DNA of 64,000 nt from Glycera tridactyla. Lineage: Eukaryota. Positions 37,322 to 50,090 of this stretch are shown here, piece by piece. How positions within the stretch are numbered: the stretch's first letter is position 1; each line of letters starts with the position of its first letter. The notes below the pieces were generated by a model that was not told the origin of the DNA, searched no databases, and was given only the letters and a program-made list of their open reading frames with translations. A program made the position numbers and the translations under genes. The stretch covers positions 109,492,001 through 109,556,000 of the forward strand of contig OZ286463.1 of NCBI GenBank assembly GCA_965644265.1. The letters run 5' to 3'.

Positions 37322-37502
37322 CTACAACAAATTATTTGTGAATTACAGTATTGTTAATTACTAATCCTTATGCGCATTATGCTGACAATTACTACAACAT
37401 TTCATTTATGTTGGTATCTAATATTTCATTTGGTTTACTTATTAATAGTTAGACTATAATTCGTCTGCTTCCTGCCTCGCTAGGTACCAATATATGTTAT
37501 TT

Positions 37503-37868
37503 CACTCCATCGATATGTTGCTATGATATATCCTTACATTCGAGATGTTTGAGATGTGACACGGTTTCACAACAAGTTCAACACGTGCGCGCGTGCATCT
37601 TCAACCTCGTGGCGTCTGCAACCCGCTATACAAATTATCAAAATACACTGTTTCTAGTATGCATGTCACTTCATTAAGGTCATTACACTCCGTCGATATT
37701 TTGCTATGATACATTCATACATTCGAGATGTTTGAGTTGTAACACGGTTTCACCACAAGATCAACACGTGCGCGTGTGCATCTCAACCTCGTGGCGTCTG
37801 CAACCCGCTATACAAATTATCAAAATACACTGTTTCTAGTATGCGTGTCACTCCATTAAAGTCATTAA
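37503..37868. repeat. 183-bp tandem duplication between LINE-B ORF1 and the SGNH gene
   Basis: CACTCC..CGATAT..GCTATGAT starts at 37503 and 37686; several substitutions. Confidence 0.9.
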
Positions 37869-37946
37869 CTCGTTCTTGAATCCTAAATTCATATCTTTCA
37901 CCGTCCGCGCAATGACTTGGAGGGCCGGCGTTGTCATATTCGTTGT

Positions 37947-40900
37947 TTACGTTACGATAATCTTGGAAAGTGATCCGAATCTAAACATGGCGATGTCAAG
38001 CATGCGCATTGATATCTGGGTCGGACTGGAGTGTTCGATTAAGTTGTTGGCCGTGACCACGTTTCCCCTATATGATCGCTGTTTCTTACCCCTTGATGCT
38101 ATTTCTTCTTTGGAATTTAATGCCGGAAAAATACTTGGGTCTGGTTCATACCTACTACTAAACTTTATCGTTGATTGTCTCATGTTTTTAAATGATTGTT
38201 CATGATCCTGAATCTTTTTCCTAATGTGTTGTATTGATTTCGCTACTGTGTTTTGTTTCTTCCCAGATTTGATTGAAGGTTGCTTTTTTGGCAATATCAT
38301 ACTTTCCCCAGTTTTTGGTTTTGATGGCACCACAAAATCTTTAAATTGACGTGGTATTTTGGTCACATCAAGGACTTTTGGTCCCTGCTCCACTAATGGA
38401 TTTTCATCATTTGGTTTGACATTATTCAGAGCCTCAGCACCCTCCACTACGTGAGAGCCCTGTGTATCCGAAGTATGACATTCCTCAGATGTTTTTCCAA
38501 CTGCATTCTGATCTTTTTTACTTATAGCATCTAGTAAAGATTGCTGGTCATTTAACATGATTTTTCTTTTAAGATAACCAAATCTCATCATTCACTGATA
38601 TTAACTACGGAGTCCCACAGGGATCCATCCTTGGACCTCTTTTATTTATTATGTATACCAATGACATGTATGTGAATATTAAATCTTGTGACATTTTTCT
38701 ATATGCGGATGACACCGCCTTGTGCTACACAGGCCGTGACATCCAAAATATAGAATCCAACCTTAATAAAGACCTTGCTATCATTGCAGAATGGTTCAAT
38801 GAATCAAAATTAACACTTAATACCTCTAAGTCTTGTTCTATGCTATTTGGTACCAGTCGGCGTATTCAACAATCTCCATCTCTTAATCTCTCTTATGCCA
38901 ACACACAAATCATGAATGTTAAAACCTATAAACATCTAGGAATCACTCTTGACCCAACTCTGAATTTCTCTGAGCACACGAACAAAATCATTAATAAAGT
39001 CAACTTACGTCGACGTGCCTCTTCTTTTTACGACCTTCTATAGATGAAAGCATGGCCTTATATCTTTACAACTCTCTGATCAAACCTGTATTCACATACT
39101 GCGATTATATCTATGATGGCTGCAATGTCACTGACTGCTCGAAACTACAGATTGCACAAAATAGATGCATGAGTACTATCACGATGAGTGGCTGGAACTA
39201 TTCTGCCACTCAACTAAGACATCAACTTAAAATGGAAAAATTAGCTACCCTAAGATCTATTTCCACTGCTACTGAACTATATAAAGCTCTTCATAAACTC
39301 TCTCCCCCAGATATGTCAAATTTATTCACTATTCAAAATCTACCTCTCACCATTCAAACTCGTTCAACTAGTAATGGTCACCTTCTTTTAGAAACTCCTT
39401 TCAATCACCTATCTTTCCCTGATCGAAATATCCGACATAGAGGTGCATGCCTATGGAACTCCCTTCCCAATGAAATTCGAAATTCTCCCTGTCTCTCCAC
39501 CTTCAAAATTGAAACCACAAAATTTCTCGGTGAATTTCATTAAAACTCACTCAAAACATAACAGAAACCCACAATCTTGATCTACTCATGCATCTAGACC
39601 GTGATCTGGATTAGTTCAGTTCGACTCTGATCTATACAGATCAAATCATTTTAATATCCTGATATAGCATATATCTTGTTCATGCCTCTCTGATAACCTA
39701 TTATTCATGATATCATTTATTACATTCTATGAAAGTATATCTTTGCATCTTGCATGTATATGAACCGGCCTTAGAAGTATATCACCCCATATGTCAATAA
39801 TTCCTACCTTACTCCAAACCCTTATTGACTTCCCTATCTTCCCTCTGATGCTTCAACCATTTCATATTATCTTTAATCTTCCTCCTATTCATCCTTATTA
39901 CCACTACCACCACCGCCCAAGCCACTCTCCATCTATCATCTATCACCTGATCCATTTGCCACCCATTTTTCACCACCCTAATACTCCCACCATAACACCT
40001 CATACCTTCACACTCCTTATCCCACTCCCAACTTCATTATTTGCCGTTCTCAAATGTTTGTTTTTAACAATGTTCAAAGTTACTACCGGTGTGCTCTATC
40101 TCTTCTGAAATTTTATATGTCATCATCAGCATGTAATATGACCCTTGCGGTCCCATGTCTTTTGATAAATAAAGTTTTTCTTATCTTATCTTCTTATCTT
40201 ATGATTTTTCTTTGTGATCTCCCGTGTGATACGCACACCTTGCCATCTTGGGTCCAAGTATGTGTCAATTTACCGTCTTTCTGTGCCATTTTTGCTTGAT
40301 TGAACAATGAACTTTCCCATGGGGTCAGATATTCCCTAATGAAGTATTTGGCATTTCTCAAGTTCTGTTTCTGTTTCAGAACTTTTCGACGAAGGTTCGG
40401 GTTACAAAATCGCACTCGAACAGACCTCGGGCGATCCTCTCTACTGGGACCAAATCTCAGCGCTTGACAAATGTCATCAGCCTTTACTGCTACCTGGGTC
40501 TCTTTATTCAAGAAATCTACCACTTGGTCGTGAAGCAATTGGTTCCTATTTTGTGGCAACCCTTCTATTATAACAACCCCTAATCGCTCAATTTTTTGAA
40601 GAGTATCTACATCTATTTCTGAATTTTCAATTCTATACCCATGATTTGTAATCCTTTCTTCATGATCCTCTACTTTCATTGACAGGTAGCCAATTGCTTC
40701 AAGAATGTCTTCTTTACCCATCTCGTCAATCTCTTCTTTGAACTCCGTCGGTTTTCCCTGTACTGTGTTTTCTTGTCTGATGGTTGCTATTTCTTGTTGC
40801 GTCTCTTCTACCATCTCCTGTATTCTTCGATCAGTTTTCTTGATACGATCCTCATGGTCGGATACCACCACAGCTAACTTATTGTGTTTAACCAGCATCT

Positions 40901-41735
40901 CCTCTTTACATGCTCTTGTTTGTCCCTTTACTGAGTCTTCAACGTAGTTTTGCATCTCAAGTCTACATGTCTTGATTACTACATCAAACCTTTGCTGCAA
41001 ACGAACATCAATTATATTGTCTGCTTGTTTTTCTACCAATGATTTCGTCAATGAGCTCAGGTTTAGATCCTCATCAACATGTCGAGCAAAAACTTCTTTG
41101 ATCCTCTCATCTATCAGCTTCAATAGTTTACTTGACCCTGGTAAGGTCTCATCACCATCTATAACAGGTTTGATCAGTCCTTCGGTGTCGTAGGCACCAC
41201 TGTCCAGCTATTTTCGTGACATGTCTTGCAAGGTCATATCCTCATCTATATTATGCAATTTCAAGTCATTAATGTCACTTATCCGGGCTTCATTAGATTC
41301 GGAGACTGTAGTATGCATAGTATATTCAGACTCGTCACGTTTCATTGGATCCGAATCCATTTCAGCGAATGCTCTACTGTCGTCGGCGGTTATGCTTGAG
41401 TGAGTGAGGTCACCGTCATTGTCAACGTTGTCCTCTTCAACTGCGATAGATTCACTACCAAGATGGCTACATGAACTCTCTTGTGTGTCCTTGTATTTCA
41501 TTACATCCGTTGCAAAAATCTGTGTCGATGTAGCAAGGGCTCCATCTTCATCAATGGAGTCCATTTTGTCATCAGAATAATCTAAATGTGACGATTCTGG
41601 CGATAGAGGTTGAGATTTTGGTCGTTTTTCATCCATTACGTTGATTTTATCTGGAGTGATGTCGTCGTATTTTCTGCGATGTTGTGTTGGTGTATGGCAA
41701 TAGCGATCTTGTGTATCGGACATAGTGAATGTCAA
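37947..41735 (-). pseudogene. LINE-B ORF1 (~710 aa when reconstructed), interrupted by one in-frame stop (41208-41210) and by LINE-C
   Basis: Removing LINE-C and one TSD copy joins ...HGRSQRKI-MLNDQQSLL in frame. RRM/CTD motifs: ERLGVVIIEGLP, RPRSVRVRF, FIREYLTP, HTWTQDGKV. Confidence 0.85.
38570..40200 (+). mobile_element. LINE-C: 5'-truncated CR1/L2-group LINE (RT C-terminus + 3' UTR)
   Basis: 13-bp TSD ATGATTTTTCTTT at 38557-38569 and 40201-40213; GVPQGSILGPLLF and YADD; AATAAAG plus a (CTTAT)n tail. Confidence 0.92.
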
Positions 41736-41932
41736 TCACTTACAGTTACAATTCGTCTTAGCAGGTCCTACTTGGTCCTCATTTGTGTATTATAGTACTT
41801 TCACATTCCTGTTGTCACCACACGTTCTGCTATCTATTCCAATGTCCGTAATCCTACTTCATTCGGGGGAGTGGGGGTAATATGTGAGAACTACTCCGTA
41901 AGTGTGTTTCAGCACGCCGCCATCTTGCTGGT

Positions 41933-42874
41933 TTTCCCTCAATAAATCGATAGGAATGGGTGATGAGTCCTCTAGTGGTGCCATTTTGAAGATATTTCAC
42001 TTTTCCTGCTGGGATCTGGAGCACTCCTGCGCACTCCCGTATTTGCAGCGCTGAGTTTACTCCCCGCCGATTGGCTGGCGTTCGGCGCAGACCTCAATTC
42101 CAGCCCGCTGATTGGCTGGCGCACTGGATCCTGAGTCTATAAATAGGAGGATCCACCCATTGAATCCAGTGTGTCCTTTGTATACTGTCAAGTAGCCTAG
42201 GTGGCCTGAGGAGGCTAGAGGGCAAGTGGATCTGAAGCAATCACCTTAAAAGTTCTTGAGTTTGGCAAGGTAAGCCATCATGGGATCTCTGCTTGATTGT
42301 GGTGATATGTATCACATTATATAGGATGGGTTTTCCTGTTTAGGAAATTATATCCAGTTAGTAAAGGGTTGATCCTGACCTTGGATTAGAGGGCCATCTA
42401 TTGCCAGATGTTGGCAGTATGGTCCAGTGGCTGAGGTTCAATGTGAAAGTAATTAAGACTTAGTTGGGGTTCTGAATTTATTTCAAGTGAATAAACAATA
42501 GAATCTCAGGCTATTTCAGTCAGTTATTAATTTTTCTGTGATAAGCTCCTTGTTTTTTTTAGTGCATTCAGCGAGTAGTTGCATAGCATGAGTATATAAA
42601 GTGAATGTTTTATTGAATATATATTTCTGCACTGGCCCACTGTGAAACTGGAACTGAGTATATACAATTTTGTACTGGCACTGTGAATTTGAAAGACATG
42701 TATGACCCTGGTAGCTGTTTTTCATGTGTGAGATTGTGAAATGAGTACTTTGTAAAGCTCTCAATTGCCAAATAAATTTTTCTGCCTTTTTATATTTCAA
42801 ATTTGACTGAGTTTGTCATCAATTCAGCTGAGTGTATGCAAAGCCCCGGCTTCCCTGACCTCGGTCCTGTTACA
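41933..42874 (+). repeat. 3' LTR, second part
   Basis: Matches the 5' LTR from ~17845 to 18786 and ends CTGTTACA, followed by the TSD ATAT. Confidence 0.93.
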
Positions 42875-42878
42875 ATAT

Positions 42879-45530
42879 TCTATGTCTATCGGAGACTTTT
42901 TTAAATGAATCAATATCCGACGAAGAAATATCTATTCCAGGAAATAGATTCATTCGCCAAGATAGGTCTGCTGCAAGCGGTAAGCTCGCAGGAAGTGGAC
43001 TATTAGTGTATTGTGAAGATCAATACACCATACACCTCAACGACAAATTGTGTATATGTAACCCTGCAATTGAAATTATCACCTTTTCCCTCATTCTTCA
43101 AAAGGCAAGACCAACCTATTATTTTCCCATCTACCATCCGCCAGATGGTTCTGTAAAAGACGCCTTAATGCATCTCACCAACATAGTTGAACATGAATCC
43201 CTCGCTTAAGTATCAGATAAAATCGTACTCGGTGATATAAATATTGATCTATTGTCTGAGAGAAATCATAAAACAAAATCATATCTAGCTACTTGTGAAA
43301 CCCCAGGTCTACACCATCAGATAAAAACACCAACAAGAATCAGTAACGACTCGAGTACTTGTATAGACCATTTCATAGTTAATCGCCCTGATTACTACCA
43401 ACGAACAGGGGTCATTGACCCCTCCCTAAGTGACCATCAGCTTGTATATGGAATTAGGCATCACTTCAAAAAAGATAAAATTAAGAATATGATGGAAATA
43501 AGGTCACTCAGAAACTTTTCTTTAGAACATTTCAATAAGGACCTAGAAAATACAGACTGGTCACCAGTCTTAGCCAGTGAAGACGTGAACAGTGCATAAA
43601 TCTCCTTCGAGAAAATTTTCACATCGACCATGGATAAACACGCCCCAAAGAAATTCATCCCAGCCAAGTTCGACCATCAGCCATGGGTGAATCATGAATA
43701 TTTGAACCACATTGACTATTGCGAATACAGGACTAAAATAAAGAATAAGAACCCAACTATCTTGAATATTGAAACGAAAAAAGAGGCTGTTCGAGTAAAA
43801 AACCGTCTAAAACGCTGTCTGAAGAAGGCCTATATATCTGATTGTCTGACTCGCACTCAAGGAGACAGTAAAAAGCTTTGGCAAGAAATCAAACGGTTTT
43901 GGCCACTAACCCAAAAGATACCTGTTGCTCCTACAAATCCCCATATAGATGACCCGCAAATAATAGTGAATGAGGTGAACAAATACTTCGCATCGGTAGG
44001 GTCGACCCTAGCGGATAAATTTCGAACCACGGACAGCGAATATGAGGCGTCTAACCTAGCGGAAGAATTTCGTACTACAAACTATGAATCGGAATCGAAT
44101 ACTACCGTAATGGAGAAGAAGTTTGACTTAAATGAAATTAATGCATACAATATTGAAGCTGCTATCAAAGACTTGAGTAATTCTAACGCTGCTGGACCTG
44201 ATACAATTAGTAGCTATTCTATAAAAGCGTCTATAAAGGTTATCTCCCCTGTCTTGGCATTTTTGATAAACTTATCTATAAAACACAAAATTTTTCCTGA
44301 CAACTGGAAGGAGGCAATAGTGACTGTCTTACACAAAGGTGGTAAATCCACGGATTATGGAAACTTCAGACCAATATCCCTTCTTTCAGTTATAGGTAAG
44401 ATAGCCGAGCGTGTAGTACATAACCAAACCTATGAATTCATTAGTTCGAATAATCTATTCAGTCCTGTTCAATTTGGGTTCAGGAAGAAGTCCTCCACTG
44501 GCACTTGCCTGTCGATTCTACTGGACAAGATATATAAGGCATCGGACAGGGGTGAAATTAGTGGGGTCCTCTTCCTGGACCTAAAAAAGGCTTTTGATAC
44601 GGTTAATCATGCTATTCTCTTGACGAAGTTGTGCAATCTTGGCTTTACTATCAATTGTGTGAAATGGTTCAGTTCATACCTCAACAATAGGCATCAAACA
44701 ACTAAAATAGGCAAGGTGGTATCTTAAAAAGTCGTTTTGAATTATGGGGTTCCCCAGGGGTCAATTCTGGGACCCCTATTATTTCTAACATATTTAAACG
44801 ATATTCTAAGTCATGTATCACACAGCTTTCCCCTACTTTACGCTGATGACATGGCGCTTTATGTCTCTGGTAAATCTGTAGGAATTATCAAAGAAAAACT
44901 TAATTATGATCTTCATGGAATATTGGAATGGTTCAAGGAACTTCGATTAACGGTGAACACCAAAAAAAGTAACGTAATGATATTTGGCACCTCGCAGAGA
45001 CTTCGAATAACTGATAGTATCATATTGAAACTGAACAATGAGAAAATTGAACAAACAGCAAAATATAAATACCTTGGCGTACAACTGGACTCTTGCTTAT
45101 TATTTGAAAATCATATTACATATCTAGTGAATAAGGTAAATCTCAGAAGGCGAGCCCTGCAATACCTAAGACCGTCCATTTCCAAAGATCTAACCCAGTA
45201 TCTCTACACTAGCCTAATTCACCCACTATTTACCTATTTGGATTACCTATATTGAGACTTCGAATAACTGATAGTATCACATTGAAACTGAACAATGAGA
45301 AAATTGAACAAACAGCAAAATATAAATACCTTGGCGTACAACTGGACTCTTGCTTATTATTTGAAAATCATATTACATATCTAGTGAATAAGGTAAATCT
45401 CAGAAGGCGAGCCCTGCAATACCTAAGACCGTCCATTTCCAAAGATCTAACCCAGTATCTCTACACTAGCCTAATTCACCCACTATTTACCTATTTGGAT
45501 TACCTATATGACGGCTGTTCTGCGACCCAT
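42879..45530 (+). pseudogene. LINE-A ORF2 main part (APE + RT), with stops and frameshifts
   Basis: ILCLSETFLN, IYHPP, LGDINID, CIDHFIVN; NFRPISLL, FLDLKKAFDTVNH, GVPQGSILGPLLF, YADD; ends YDGCSAT at ~45527. Confidence 0.9.
44997..45510 (+). repeat. 257-bp tandem duplication in the LINE-A RT
   Basis: GAGACTTCGAATAACTGATAG starts at 44997 and 45254; one visible difference (CATATT vs CACATT). Confidence 0.92.
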
Positions 45531-47285
45531 ACTGACTTAGACCTGAAACTCACGGAAACCAAGTCTACCAATATTTCCATTAAATCGCCCCTCAACACGC
45601 AGGATAATGTATTTAAACTACCTTTCTGCCAAGAATCCTTTCTTGACAAGGAAGCGCTTCTCAAGTCTGAGTCTCAGAAATCCATTACTCCAATGAATCC
45701 TGAAATTACGTGGAGTGATCTTGAAATCTTTGAAAACAAAATCTGGGACTCCATCATTGACAAACTACCTCATATGGTAAATGTAGTCACTTCGGACAAA
45801 TTTGATGAAGTCTCGGCTGACCTGGCTAGTTTTACCAAACAGGGAAACTTCAACCTGGCAGAGCTAGAATCGACTATGCAAGCTGAGCTTACTGCTCTCA
45901 AAGATGAACTTAAGTTTGTGATTTCAGAGAATGGAAAGTTGGGTAGAACTCTGAAAAATCATGAAGCAACAATTGATGAAACTGTCAAATCAGTCAATGC
46001 CTTCAAAGAAGAATTCGGTCTCTCCATTATCAGATTGAGGAAAGATCTTGCTGAAGCTATTGAAAACACTAAGAATCCGGAGTCATCTACTCCTACAAAT
46101 ATGAATACTTTTGAGTCTATCGAAGGCCAATTGACCGACCTATCTAATAAGATGAATACCACTCAATTTCAACTGAACAAACTTGGACAGAGAATTGAGT
46201 CCGTAGAACTTGATGAGAGACAGAATGTAATCATCATCGAGGGAATCCTTGTACAACCCGGTGAAAATCTACACGATAAAATCATCTCCACTCTGAATTC
46301 ATATTTTGAATCTGAGCTTGAGCACTCCGACATTATAGCATGCCAATTTTTTAGCAAACCAGCTGAAGATATCTCTCAACCTAGATCGATCAGGGTTAAA
46401 CTAAAGTCTCAACAGCTCAAACGATGGATTATGAGACAAAAAGGAAGGCTACGTGGCTCAAATATTTTCATAAACGAGCATCTCACAGCAAGTAACAACA
46501 GCATCTACTTTCTCGCTAGGAAAGCTTGCAAAAGCAACATTCTTCATCACACATGGACTGATAATGGTAGGATTTGGGCTACTAAAACGAGGGACTCCAT
46601 ACCTACTTGGATCAAAGATCCAGAAAAGCTAAAAGAAGAATTGGAAGCCATTGCGCATGGCGGAGGAAAATCTACACCCACTTCTCGAGAGGACAAAATG
46701 GTCCTAACTGATCCTCCTACTGAAAACTATGAGCCGTTTGCAAATCAAACAAGACTGAATAATCGACGTGCTGAAACAGAGCGTCACAGAAATCCTGGGT
46801 CACAATGCAATGATCTAGAGCGTCAGAGATCTCATCGTTCGTCTCCTGATCATCTTGTCACCAATCACCTCAATTCTAAATTTGCTGCATCACTCAACAA
46901 CAAGAATAACATTCCAAACTTCTCTTTTCAGGGCCATGGTTGTGCGAATCCTCGTAACACTTCGACTTCAGTCCGGAATGGCGCGCCGAATGGACTCAAT
47001 GCTAGACTTCTAAATATTGCTTATGAAGACCGCTCTTTGCAGCCGAGTGACAACCATGTACGTGGTGACCTGAGACTTCACAATAGAGATCAACACTCCA
47101 TCCGTAAAGACCTGGGCTCTCACTATTCTCAACGCTATTCTCTTACTTCTGGTCCTCCGACATCAGCTGATAGACCTAGAAATCCGAGGCCCGGCTCGGT
47201 ACACCAAGAAAACCGCCTTCGTGAGTACTACTCAAATTTTCCTCTTCCCAACTATGGCAGAAGGAGGTCAAATACCAATTTATGA
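45530..47285 (+). CDS. LINE-D ORF1, N-terminally truncated (coiled coil + RRM/CTD + disordered tail)
   Basis: The frame is open across ~1750 bp; ELDERQNVIIIEGI, QPRSIRVKL, IFINEHLT, HHTWTDNGRIW. Confidence 0.82.
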
Positions 47286-48207
47286 GCTTTATCGCTATCC
47301 AATTGATCGTAACATCATTGATATCACCGAATTCGATAAGAAACAAGCTGACGAGCAATTGAATCAACCAAGTGAATTCCAGCTCAGATCATCTGCCGAA
47401 AAGACAATCTGGGAATTTGGAATCCCTCATATACTCTTCATTGGAGCCTCTAATGTTTGTAACATAAAGAGGGAAATCATCAAATCCTATTTTCCTGCAC
47501 ATCTCAAGTGTATGCTCTCCTACTCCTATTTTATGGGTTTTAGCGGCATGACATTTGCACGTTCACTAGATTATATGAAAGGGAAATTTGAGTCACAAAA
47601 GAAAAAAAATGAGTATGGATTCCCGTGGATGGTCTATAATGTAGACAAACACAAACCTAAATATGTTGTCATCCTCTTAGGAGGAAATGATGTGGATAAT
47701 TTTGACCGGCATATTAAAGCCCTCAAGAAACAGCACTCTGCACATCAATTTAAAAATGCAGCTGAATATGCCCTCGAGAGGTGGGACACCGACCTCAGGC
47801 CAGTCATAAGGCACTTCATCATGGACTTATTTTCCAGAACAAGTGGTACGCCCCTATATTTCATCTCGATTCCCCCTCGCGAATGGTGGGGAGACTATGC
47901 TCGCCAGCTGGCATCTAACATTGAATTCTTCATTAACAGATTTCTCAGGAAGGAGATTCCTGTCAAGAGCCTTAGATGTGCCACCCTTTACTATGATTTT
48001 AATCTCATGGCAAATTTCAACCCTAACCAGAGTGACATTGTGAAAGGCTTCTTAGAACCAGATGGTGTCCATTTTAACGACAAGGGATGCATGGCTCTCA
48101 CTCGAGATGTTCTCTATAAACTCCTTGATGCCTTTGGGCTTGAGCAGCGAGACAAGAGGAACAAATCAAAGACTAAGGCAAATCACAAAAGTGTGTATTC
48201 CTATTGA
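47254..48207 (+). CDS. LINE-D stand-alone SGNH/GDSL-type hydrolase, intact, 317 aa from the ATG at 47254
   Basis: Block I ILFIGASNV, block II GFSG, block III LLGGNDVD, block V EPDGVHFN. It overlaps the end of ORF1 by 32 bp in another frame. Confidence 0.85.
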   Translation: MAEGGQIPIYELYRYPIDRNIIDITEFDKKQADEQLNQPSEFQLRSSAEKTIWEFGIPHILFIGASNVCNIKREIIKSYFPAHLKCMLSYSYFMGFSGMTFARSLDYMKGKFESQKKKNEYGFPWMVYNVDKHKPKYVVILLGGNDVDNFDRHIKALKKQHSAHQFKNAAEYALERWDTDLRPVIRHFIMDLFSRTSGTPLYFISIPPREWWGDYARQLASNIEFFINRFLRKEIPVKSLRCATLYYDFNLMANFNPNQSDIVKGFLEPDGVHFNDKGCMALTRDVLYKLLDAFGLEQRDKRNKSKTKANHKSVYSY

Positions 48208-48299
48208 ATACAGCTCTGTCATTCATAATCTAAGCATATATTATGGAATCTGGATACATCTATACTTTTCGAAGAGCTATACTAATGTTGCTTTGGCTG

Positions 48300-48600
48300 G
48301 GAATGGTGACGTTCCTAGTTTGGAAACGTCTATCTTATTTTCGGCTGGACTCACACGAAGCTCCTCCTGATCTCTACAATTGTTCGAAGTTGGTGTTCCC
48401 CTGCAACGTTCCTAGTATGGAAACGTCAATCTTATTTCGGCTGGACTCACACGAAGCTCCTCCTTATCTCTACACTTGTTCGAAGTCGTTATACCCGTGT
48501 GACGTTCCTAGTTTGGGAACGTCAATCTTATTTCAGCTGGCCTCACATGATGCTCTTCCTGATCTCTACACTTGTTCGAAGTCGGTGTTCCCCTGCGTCG
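48300..48600. repeat. ~97-bp tandem repeat, 3 copies, each with the hairpin ACGTTCC-TAGTTT-GGAAACGT
   Basis: Motif copies at ~48308, ~48405 and ~48501. Confidence 0.9.
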
Positions 48601-48749
48601 AAATATTGCCTGTGATTTCTGAATGATTCTGGAGATCTACAACCCATCAACCATTCCATTCCATCTATAAATTGGAAATCTAGCCAAGTTGATACTTTCC
48701 GTACTTATATCACTACATGCCCCACAAGTGAAAAACCAACTAAGCAACT

Positions 48750-50090
48750 GTTCCTAGTTTAGAAGCATCTATGAACCTCAATGTCACCTATGATATCTGA
48801 TGTCCCTAGATAGGAAACATCAGGGCTTCTGTGTCTCATTAACAGTCGTTCCTAGTTTGGAAACGTCTGATGTGGTCTGTAAGGTTTTCTCGACTTCCGG
48901 TTTCTGTTTCCTGTTATAAACACATATGTCGCCTAGAATATCTAATGTTCCTAGATAGGAAACGTCAATGCTAACGTGTCTTGTTAACAGTCGTTCCTAG
49001 TTTGGAAACGTCTGATGGGGTCTGTAAGGTTTTCTAGACTTCCGGTTCCTGTTATCTGCTATAAAGACCTATGTCACCTAGGATATCTGATGTTCCTAAA
49101 TAGGAAACATCTATGCTACCGTGTCTTGCTAACAGTCGTTCCTAGTTTGGAAACGTCTAGCGTGTTCTCAACTTCCGGTCCCTGCTTCCTGTTATAATCA
49201 TTTACGTCACCTAGGACATCTGATGTTCCTAGATAGGAAACGTCAGTGCTACCGTGTATTGCTAACAGTCGTTCCTAGTTTGGAAACGTCTGATGTTTTC
49301 TTGACTTCCGGTTCCTGCTCCCTGTTATAATCATTTACGTCACCTATGATATCTGATGTCCCTAGATAGGAAACATCAGGGCTTCTGTGTCTCATTAACA
49401 GTCGTTCCTAGTTTGGAAACGTCTGATGTGGTCTGTAAGGTTTTCTCGACTTCCGGTTTCTGTTTCCTGTTATAAACACATATGTCGCCTAGAATATCTG
49501 ATGTTCCTAGATAGGAAACGTCAATGCTAACGTGTCTTGTTAACAGTCGTTCCTAGTTTGGAAACGTCTGATGGGGTCTGTAAGGTTTTCTAGACTTCCG
49601 GTTCCTGTTATCTGCTATAAAGACCTATGTCACCTAGGATATCTGATGTTCCTAAATAGGAAACATCTATGCTACCGTGTCTTGCTAACAGTCGTTCCTA
49701 GTTTGGAAACGTCTAGCGTGTTCTCAACTTCCGGTCCCTGCTTCCTGTTATAATCATTTACGTCACCTAGGACATCTGATGTTCCTAGATAGGAAACGTC
49801 AGTGCTACCGTGTATTGCTAACAGTCGTTCCTAGTTTGGAAACGTCTGATGTTTTCTTGACTTCCGGTTCCTGCTCCCTGTTATAATCATTTACGTCACC
49901 TATGATATCTGATGTACCTAGATAGAAAACTTCAGTGCTACCATGTTCTGCTAACAGTCGTTCCTAGTCTGGAAACGTCTGATGAGTTTTCTCGGCTTCC
50001 AGTTTCTGCTTCCAGTCATAAACACTAATATCACCTACGATTTCTGACGTCCCTGGATTGGTAACGTCAGTGTCACCGTGTTATTTCTCA
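48750..50090. repeat. Higher-order array: ~133-145-bp units with two hairpin motifs and one ACTTCCGG site each; 556-bp block duplicated
   Basis: About 20 copies of GTTCCTAG(TTT/ATA)GGAAAC; 48783-49338 is repeated at 49339-49894. Confidence 0.92.

Larger units (their letters stand above)
31619..41932 (-). mobile_element. LINE-B: apparently full-length CR1/L2-group LINE (~8.7 kb without LINE-C) with an ORF1 - SGNH - spacer - ORF2 layout
   Basis: It interrupts the 3' LTR precisely (GGCTTA | TTTCCCTC). On the minus strand the 5' end reads AACCAGCAAGATGGCGGCG and the 3' tail AATAAAGAATCAAATCAAA. No clear TSD. Confidence 0.85.
16929..42874 (+). mobile_element. Gypsy/Ty3 LTR retrotransposon, defective, with nested insertions
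   Basis: Ends TGTAACAG...CTGTTACA. 4-bp TSD ATAT at 16925-16928 and 42875-42878. Two LTRs, a PBS, gag, and pol in PR-RT-RH-IN order. Confidence 0.92.

Noticed and set aside
48300-50090. CRISPR array interpretation
   Set aside because: Eukaryotic context with no cas genes; the spacers are homologous to each other and periodic rather than unique.
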